64,000 nt of DNA from Candidatus Hermodarchaeota archaeon (GTDB lineage: Archaea; Asgardarchaeota; Thorarchaeia; Thorarchaeales; Thorarchaeaceae), in NCBI GenBank assembly GCA_048885865.1, contig JBHLLF010000004.1, forward strand, positions 89,505 to 153,504, read 5' to 3'. Numbering within the stretch: the stretch's first letter is position 1; each line of letters begins with the position of its first letter. Below, piece after piece: positions 57,875 through 64,000 of this stretch. The notes under the pieces were generated by a model. The model saw only the letters and a list, made by a program, of their open reading frames with translations, was not told where the DNA came from and did not search any database. The position numbers and the translations under genes were made by a program.

Positions 57875-60800
57875 TTATCGCCTCCTCGGTCTTAGCGGGC
57901 TTGGGCCCAGTTTATCCGCGACCTCAGTCAGCTTCTTGACAGTTTCCGCCCAGATTGGGCCTTCGCTGGCACTTATTTGGGTGAACTGGAGCCGCTCAGG
58001 CTCGAGACCTGCTTTCTCAATAATCTTCCTTGCGATGGCGAACCTTCGCTCAAAGGACACGTTCCCATCTACATAGTGACAGTCTCCGAAGTGGCAGCCC
58101 GAAACCCACACCATGTCAGCACCCAATCTGAAAGCCTGCAGCATGTGAGTCACGCTGACTCTCCCTGTACACATCACACGGATGTCACGGACCGTGGTCG
58201 GCTGTTGGAACCTGGATACACCTGCGCTGTCAGCACCTGCATACGAACACCAATTACAGAGAATCGTCAATATCCTCGACTCAGTGGCGGGCATGTCCTC
58301 CAAAGCTGAACGAACCTGAGCCAGTATTTGGTCGTCAGTGAAATGCTTCATGGTGATGGCTCCAGCGGGGCATCCAGCAGCGCATTTACCGCATCCTGCA
58401 CAGAGAACCGGATTGGAAACCGCGTAGTCAGAGCCGCCGTCACCGGGCACGACCTCGATGGCATTGTAAGCACAGTTTATCTCACACGTACCACAACCAA
58501 CGCAGACCTCAGGATCTACAACTGACACTATGGCCTCAGCCTTCCGTATGCCGCTGGCCAGAGGGATTAGTGCTCTTGATGCAGCACCTCGACCCTGAGC
58601 TACGGATTCAGCAATTGTCTTTGGAGCGGTAGCAGTCCCAGCGACATAAACACCGTCTGTCTGGAAATCTACTGGCCTGAGCTTTGGATGTGCCTCCATG
58701 AAGAACCCAGACATATTGAGTGGGACCTTGAATAGCTCCGAGATTTCCTTGTTCTTCTCCCGTGGAATCATAGCAGTTGAGAGAACGACATGGTCAACAT
58801 CAAATGTTACCTCGGCACCGAAGACTTGGTCCATGACCTCTACACGCAGCGCCTTGTCCTTGCCTTTCTTCACGCTGGGTGGACTAGCCTGATCAAACCT
58901 GAGAAATACAACCCCCTTCTCTCGAGCCTCTCTGTATTTGTCCTCATCCTCATAGGACACCCTGATGTCACGATAGATATGGAAGACCCTGGAGTTGGGA
59001 TACTTGTCAAGCAGTTCCAGTGTGTGCTCTAGGGCGATTGTACAGCATATTCCGGAACACCAAGTCCGACCACCTTCGAGGGACTCCTCCTCGCGAGAAC
59101 CGGCACAATGAATTACCGCAAAGGTCTGACCGTCCTCGATTCCTTTACCGTCTGCGACCTTGTGATTGAACTCGACCTCTGTGATAACATTCTCAAGCTT
59201 CTTCAGGCCGTAAAGACCCTTTTCAGTGAGTTCAGTGGCACCCGTGGCAACAATGACAACTCCGACCTTGACCTCTTGCTTCTCCTTTCCTGTCTTTATC
59301 GTGATATCAAAATCACCAATTGAGCCTTTAGCATCAATCACCTCGGAGTTCATCATCAACCGGATGTTCGGATTGCCTGTGACTGCCGCCTCGAACTCCT
59401 TCACTATCTCTGCGCTTGGTCTGTGATCAAAATTGACTGTTCGAAGCTCATTCAGAAAGCCTCCGACCTTGTCCTCCTTCTCGACAAGAACCACCTTGAA
59501 TCCCTTCTGAGCGATAAGGTCGGCTGCAGCCATTCCGGATACTCCGGCACCAATGACCAGTACAGTTGGTTCAATCTGGGTGACTGCCTCTTCCTGAGCC
59601 TCCAGAAGTCTTGCTCGTGCCACGGACATTCGTACAAGGTCGTTTGCCTTTGATGTTGCCTCATCCTTTGCAGCCTGATGCACCCATGAACAGTGTTCTC
59701 TGATGTTTGCGAGCTCAAACAGATACTTGTTGAGGCCGGCTTCTTCGATTGTGGCACGGAACAGAGGTTCATGCGTTCGGGGCGTGCAAGAGGCGACGAC
59801 CAAGCGGTTTAGGTTATGCTCCTTGATAGCTTCCTTGATTACATCTTGAGCGTCTGATGAACATGAGTAGAGAAGGTTCTCTGAATAGACTACACCGGGG
59901 AGAGTACTTGCGTACTCTGTGACTTCTGCAACATCAACAGTTCCAGCGATGTTGATTCCACACGAGCAAATAATCACGCCAATCCGCGGCTCTGCAGCTA
60001 TGAGTTCCAAGTCTGCTTCAGTAAGGGCTTCGCTCTCTGATGCTTCGGGCAAGACAATATCCATTGCAGCCATTGCCGCTGCTGCGCTCCCCTGAGCTAC
60101 AGAGTCAGGGATGTCCTTGGGAAAATTGCATGCTCCACACATGTGCACACCAGGAACGCCTGTCTGAACCGAATCGACTCCATCTCCCTTACCTTTGATG
60201 AACCCATACTGATCTAGTTCAATCCCCAGCTTCTCCATTAATTCTGAATTCTTGTTTGGCACCATAGCAGGACAAAGGACCACAAGGTCGTAACTGTCCT
60301 TCAAGATCTCGTGTCCCTTTGCATCACTATGTCGGACGATTAGGTTCTGGGTTTCAGGCACTTCAGTGATGTAGCTAGGCAGGCCCTTGACATAGTTGAT
60401 CCCGTACTCTGTTTCTCCTCTAACCACAAACTCTTCGAAACCCTTTCCAAAAGCTCTCATGTCATTGTAGAGGATGTCAATATGGACCTCAGGAGTATGC
60501 TCTTTGGTGATGATCGCTTCTTTGGTAGCATACGTACAACATATTCTCGAGCAATATGCGCAGTGGTTTACATCTCGGCTACCCACGCATTGAATAAACG
60601 CAATATGATGAGGCTCCTTTCCGTCGGAGGGACGCATAACAATCCCTTTTGTGGGACCACTGGCTGAGACCATTCGTTCATACTCAAGTGCGGTCACAAC
60701 ATTTGGAAATCGACCATACCCATACTCCGCGACTGAGGATGCATCAAGTAGGTCATACCCCGTGGCAACAATTATCGACCCTGCGTTGATATTCACAATC

Positions 60801-61333
60801 TCATCAGGAATCTCAAAATCAATAGCCTCTGCCTTGCAGGTCTTAACACAGGTCATGCACTCAATACAGTTCTCCATATCAATAGTAGCAATATTAGGCA
60901 CGGCCTGAGGAAACGGAATGTAGGCCGCCTTTCTCATCTTCAGACCCATGTCATACTCGTTTCTCACTTCGATAGGACAGACACGCTCGCAGTCACCGCA
61001 CCCAGTGCACTTGTCCAAGTCCACCCTTCTTGTGTGCTTCATAACCTTGACCATGAAATTACCAGGCTCTCCAGAAACATCAGTGACTTCTGAATAAGCT
61101 AATAGCTCAATATTGCGATGACGAGAGCAATCAACCATCCATGGACCTTGAATGCACATTGAACAGTCAAGTGTGGGGAATGTCTTGTCCAGTTGGGACA
61201 TATGACCCCCAATTGAGGGATTCTTCTCGACCATGTAGACTTGGACGCCCATTTCAGCGAGATCAAGTGCAGCGCGCATTCCTGCAATACCCGCGCCGAT
61301 GATGACAACTGGCTTTGTAGCAGACTCGGCCAT
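57875..61333 (-). CDS. hdrA: Tandem HdrA-HdrA fused to C-terminal MvhD (hydrogenase Fe-S delta) domain
   Basis: KTFPTLDCSMC, two FAD sites, ASCTPRTH; C-terminal CNWCSYAGAD, RVMCTGRV, GCHFGDCHY, ISASEG (MvhD). Confidence 0.94.
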   Translation of the reverse strand: MAESATKPVVIIGAGIAGMRAALDLAEMGVQVYMVEKNPSIGGHMSQLDKTFPTLDCSMCIQGPWMVDCSRHRNIELLAYSEVTDVSGEPGNFMVKVMKHTRRVDLDKCTGCGDCERVCPIEVRNEYDMGLKMRKAAYIPFPQAVPNIATIDMENCIECMTCVKTCKAEAIDFEIPDEIVNINAGSIIVATGYDLLDASSVAEYGYGRFPNVVTALEYERMVSASGPTKGIVMRPSDGKEPHHIAFIQCVGSRDVNHCAYCSRICCTYATKEAIITKEHTPEVHIDILYNDMRAFGKGFEEFVVRGETEYGINYVKGLPSYITEVPETQNLIVRHSDAKGHEILKDSYDLVVLCPAMVPNKNSELMEKLGIELDQYGFIKGKGDGVDSVQTGVPGVHMCGACNFPKDIPDSVAQGSAAAAMAAMDIVLPEASESEALTEADLELIAAEPRIGVIICSCGINIAGTVDVAEVTEYASTLPGVVYSENLLYSCSSDAQDVIKEAIKEHNLNRLVVASCTPRTHEPLFRATIEEAGLNKYLFELANIREHCSWVHQAAKDEATSKANDLVRMSVARARLLEAQEEAVTQIEPTVLVIGAGVSGMAAADLIAQKGFKVVLVEKEDKVGGFLNELRTVNFDHRPSAEIVKEFEAAVTGNPNIRLMMNSEVIDAKGSIGDFDITIKTGKEKQEVKVGVVIVATGATELTEKGLYGLKKLENVITEVEFNHKVADGKGIEDGQTFAVIHCAGSREEESLEGGRTWCSGICCTIALEHTLELLDKYPNSRVFHIYRDIRVSYEDEDKYREAREKGVVFLRFDQASPPSVKKGKDKALRVEVMDQVFGAEVTFDVDHVVLSTAMIPREKNKEISELFKVPLNMSGFFMEAHPKLRPVDFQTDGVYVAGTATAPKTIAESVAQGRGAASRALIPLASGIRKAEAIVSVVDPEVCVGCGTCEINCAYNAIEVVPGDGGSDYAVSNPVLCAGCGKCAAGCPAGAITMKHFTDDQILAQVRSALEDMPATESRILTILCNWCSYAGADSAGVSRFQQPTTVRDIRVMCTGRVSVTHMLQAFRLGADMVWVSGCHFGDCHYVDGNVSFERRFAIARKIIEKAGLEPERLQFTQISASEGPIWAETVKKLTEVADKLGPSPLRPRRR

Positions 61334-61433
61334 TCGTTAGTCCACTCCGACGTAACAATGCGCATCGGTTCAATGGCATGATAAAATGTTTGTTATCGGA
61401 CGATGAAATCAGACCCATAGGTTTTGGGCCAGG

Positions 61434-61658
61434 CTATTCGAGTAGTCCTATGATTTGTGGACTCTTTGGAATGAGGGCTCTCTGAATCCTGATAGCACGC
61501 ACTGGGCATTGAAACTCACAAGAGGTGCAATCAATGCATCTTTTCGGATTTACAAGCTCAGCCTTCCTTTTACTCTGGCTGAACCCCCAGACTCCTCTTG
61601 GACACACCTTCAAGCAGTCTTGGCAACCGGAACAGGCCTCATAGTCATAGATTATCAT
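61434..61658 (-). CDS. 2x[4Fe-4S] ferredoxin (HgcB-like position, no C-terminal vicinal Cys)
   Basis: CSGCQDCLKVCP and CIDCTSCEFQCP; ATG at 61658 after GAGGTGA. Confidence 0.88.
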   Translation of the reverse strand: MIIYDYEACSGCQDCLKVCPRGVWGFSQSKRKAELVNPKRCIDCTSCEFQCPVRAIRIQRALIPKSPQIIGLLE

Positions 61659-61668
61659 GTCGTTCACC

Positions 61669-62664
61669 TCAAATGATGCCCCAAGGATAGTAGAATCCCA
61701 GGAAAAAGATAACAATCAACGACCCAATACCCGCGATTATATCACGAATCATCTGGTCCTCTCCCAACTGAGGAGTAGAGCCTCCCCAATTGAATCCCAC
61801 AAACAACGACAGTCCGATTATCGCGAGACCACTTGTATCTAGCCATGCCCATTCGGTGAGTACAGTCAGGTATGTGTCTGAGAGAAACGCGACTATTAAC
61901 CAAATGATCTTCCATACGAATAGCGCGATTACTCCAGTTATCGCACCCCTCACATAGCCCGAGGAAGTTGGCATCTTCGGATCGACCATGGCCATAAACG
62001 TGCCCAGAATCCATGCTCCAAAAATGAACAGTAAAAGGTTCGGGATCCAATAGCTCGACCAAGACAGGAAAATTCCACCCATAAAACCCAGTATCCAGAA
62101 AATGGGCGTCATCATCAGAAACATTGTAGTTTCAAAGATGAGATGAGCAAGATTGCACTCCATTCGCTTGTGGAAACCGAACTTGACAATGCTCTGTTCC
62201 AGCGACTTTTTGTTTTCATTTTCAATGAATTCAGCAACATCTGCAATTTCCACGGGTCCAAAGACAGCATGCCACCCGTTATCGGATAAAACAGCCTTTG
62301 AAACTGAGCTTGCCGCTAGTTGAGGGAGGATGAGATTTCTATGAGAAACAATACTCTCTAGTTTTGTTGATCTGATTGCAGCTAGTACCGAGTCAGTGTT
62401 CACATGACTGCCTCTGCTTCCACACCACACATTAATCCCATGACCATCAACAACGAGGAGATGACATCTCAAGTTCTGCTTCTCAATCTCCTCAGTCACT
62501 CTGAACACAGTCATATAATAGTCAGTCGTGACAAGCACTGGTGCATCTTGGTCCGCTCCATTGAATGAGAGCAAACCTTGGGCAGACTTGAGAGACAATG
62601 CAGGCCACATTAATTGTGAGCCCAGCAGACATGCGTAGTACTTCCAACCTTTCCTCATATTCAT
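61669..62664 (-). CDS. HgcA-like corrinoid-binding membrane protein (divergent cap helix)
   Basis: APVLVTTDY, LLVVDGHGINVWCGS, SHRNLILPQLAA, FGPV corrinoid domain, then multiple TM helices ending FNWGGSTP (cf. HgcA NFTGST). Confidence 0.85.
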   Translation of the reverse strand: MNMRKGWKYYACLLGSQLMWPALSLKSAQGLLSFNGADQDAPVLVTTDYYMTVFRVTEEIEKQNLRCHLLVVDGHGINVWCGSRGSHVNTDSVLAAIRSTKLESIVSHRNLILPQLAASSVSKAVLSDNGWHAVFGPVEIADVAEFIENENKKSLEQSIVKFGFHKRMECNLAHLIFETTMFLMMTPIFWILGFMGGIFLSWSSYWIPNLLLFIFGAWILGTFMAMVDPKMPTSSGYVRGAITGVIALFVWKIIWLIVAFLSDTYLTVLTEWAWLDTSGLAIIGLSLFVGFNWGGSTPQLGEDQMIRDIIAGIGSLIVIFFLGFYYPWGII

Positions 62665-63311
62665 GCCTCCGCCACAAAGAGCTCATAGAGGCCGCCCATT
62701 AGATTCACTCGATATTTGGGAGTTAAACCAACAGATTTCATAGCAGCAGGAATGTTGTGATGAGGATGTGATTCAACATCACTCAATCGCGAAACCAATC
62801 TGAAGCTTAATCTCCGAATCAGTCCAAAGAAAGCCCCTATTAGCCTACTTTCTGGAATGCCCTCTCCCCCAACAACCACTTGGCCCCCAGGAACAGCAAC
62901 CCTCGCTGCTTCTTTTAGGAAGACCTTCAGCTGGCTTGTTTTCAATTCGCTAACCATTAGTGTGCTCACCACTGCATCAAAGGCTTTGTCATCAAACTCA
63001 AGCGAAGTGGCATCTCCATATCTGAAATCAATGCGTCTTGCCAGGTTATGTTTTTTGAGGCGCTCTTCAGCAACCTCAAGCATCTCCTTGTTGGTGTCTA
63101 CTCCGATTCCCCGAATACCTCGCCTTCCAGCTTCTATGAGTAATTTCCCTGTGCCGCAGCCCACATCTAGCAGAGTGCCTTTTCTTGGCAGGAGATGCTC
63201 AATGATATAATTGCGGAGAGCTAAATCTTGCCTGAACGTGAGGAAGGATATCCATCTATCATACTGAGACACGGCTTTGTCCTCTGATAGCTTCATCAGT
63301 ATGGTGGCCAT
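62661..63311 (-). CDS. Class I SAM methyltransferase, corrinoid-protein-associated (CpaM-like)
   Basis: LMKLSE...YDR, LLDVGCGTG, FDAVVSTLMVSEL, PGG; ATGA overlap with the HgcA-like gene. Confidence 0.8.
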   Translation of the reverse strand: MATILMKLSEDKAVSQYDRWISFLTFRQDLALRNYIIEHLLPRKGTLLDVGCGTGKLLIEAGRRGIRGIGVDTNKEMLEVAEERLKKHNLARRIDFRYGDATSLEFDDKAFDAVVSTLMVSELKTSQLKVFLKEAARVAVPGGQVVVGGEGIPESRLIGAFFGLIRRLSFRLVSRLSDVESHPHHNIPAAMKSVGLTPKYRVNLMGGLYELFVAEA

Positions 63312-63377
63312 GATGGATACTCCACATATGCCTAGGAAGACTAGACTATATCAGGATGTTGCAATTCTAGACAATCT

Positions 63378-63746
63378 TCAACCCTTGACAATCATCGGTG
63401 CGACGAATGTCCACAGTCCTACCCCAAGCAATAGAAGGTAGTCCAGATCTCCCAGACTAATGTCCAATATTCTCATGCTTGATAGACTGACATATAGCAT
63501 CGATGTCACAAATGAAATGACGAGTTGGGGTCGAAGGTCAACCTTCTGATCCCGAATCTCGAAGTGCCAAAACAGTATAATTGCTGCTATTAGAACCATC
63601 ACGACACTAATGACTTGATAAGCGACATCCAATGTGGCAAATGGGGCCAGCAGCCCCTCCATGGTAGTCATAAGCGCAATTATGTAAATCGGCGTCAGTT
63701 TGCCGAGCCTGTGGATATAGCTATCTTCTGCATTGATATTTGTCAA
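63378..63746 (-). CDS. Hypothetical small membrane protein
   Basis: Four hydrophobic segments, TTG start after AGGAGG. Confidence 0.65.
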   Translation of the reverse strand: MTNINAEDSYIHRLGKLTPIYIIALMTTMEGLLAPFATLDVAYQVISVVMVLIAAIILFWHFEIRDQKVDLRPQLVISFVTSMLYVSLSSMRILDISLGDLDYLLLLGVGLWTFVAPMIVKG

Positions 63747-64000
63747 TCCTAATTCCTCCTGGCCAGACCTGCCTTGGTCTGAACAAGTCTATTCCCTCTG
63801 CAGGCAAAAAGAAATTGCACCTGGTTAGCAATTAGGCTATCGAAAAAGGCCAAAATCGGCTGCTGTGTTTGATCTCGGGAGCATCATATGCATCGATTGG
63901 CGCCAAACCATTTTTGGGTTTCCGACTTAACTATTTCAAATAGGTGACCTCATATATTACAGGGATAACGTCCGATTCGGGAGACGCAGATGAAGTGCAG

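Noticed and set aside
51845-61333. Selenocysteine recoding in HdrA/MvhD, as known for some Asgard archaea
   Set aside because: Both ORFs are uninterrupted with Cys at the relevant motifs; no in-frame TGA is needed
61434-62664. Calling these genes canonical mercury-methylation hgcA/hgcB
   Set aside because: The cap helix is NVWCGSRG rather than N(V/I)WCA(A/G)GK and the ferredoxin lacks the C-terminal CC; reported as HgcA-like only
63747-64000. Possible structured RNA or gene start at the window end
   Set aside because: Only short, weak stems and no tRNA or known RNA motif; the ATG at 63990 is cut by the window edge and cannot be called

Overview
A gene-dense, mostly core-genome window from an anaerobic archaeon, almost certainly Asgard and most consistent with Thorarchaeia. 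The lineage call rests on a eukaryote-like actin, a Ras-superfamily small GTPase, an FG-GAP/BBS2-ITFG2-like propeller, the archaeal exosome-proteasome superoperon and large HdrA/HdrA-MvhD proteins. In order, the window holds: (1) hisN, a Zn-ribbon/Pro-rich/coiled-coil protein, a degenerate small GTPase and actin; (2) a wHTH-CARF-like regulator divergent from actin and coupled to an RNase III-domain gene, facing a SAMHD1-like HD hydrolase and a stand-alone PriL Fe-S-like protein; (3) lipid and tRNA-modification genes (CDP-alcohol transferase, NTP transferase, Sua5/TsaC, THUMP, Cgi121); (4) histidine utilisation (hutI/H/U); (5) an ECF module plus the psmA-SBDS-rrp4-rrp41-rrp42-eL43-Brix-Pcc1-pfdB-DUF3194-DHH superoperon, with rpoP absent; (6) an SCP2/dehydrogenase/FGGY kinase/aldolase/AOR catabolic operon; (7) an ABC-2 exporter and membrane proteins; (8) catalase with a divergent PerR/Fur; (9) two convergent tandem-HdrA loci with hdrC/hdrB; (10) a SAM-methyltransferase + divergent HgcA-like corrinoid membrane protein + ferredoxin operon. 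The best novelty candidates are the HgcA-like operon (NVWCGSRG cap helix) and the wHTH-CARF/RNase III pair sharing an intergenic region with actin. I saw no CRISPR array, tRNA, rRNA or transposase. All family calls come from motif recognition by eye; no database search was run.
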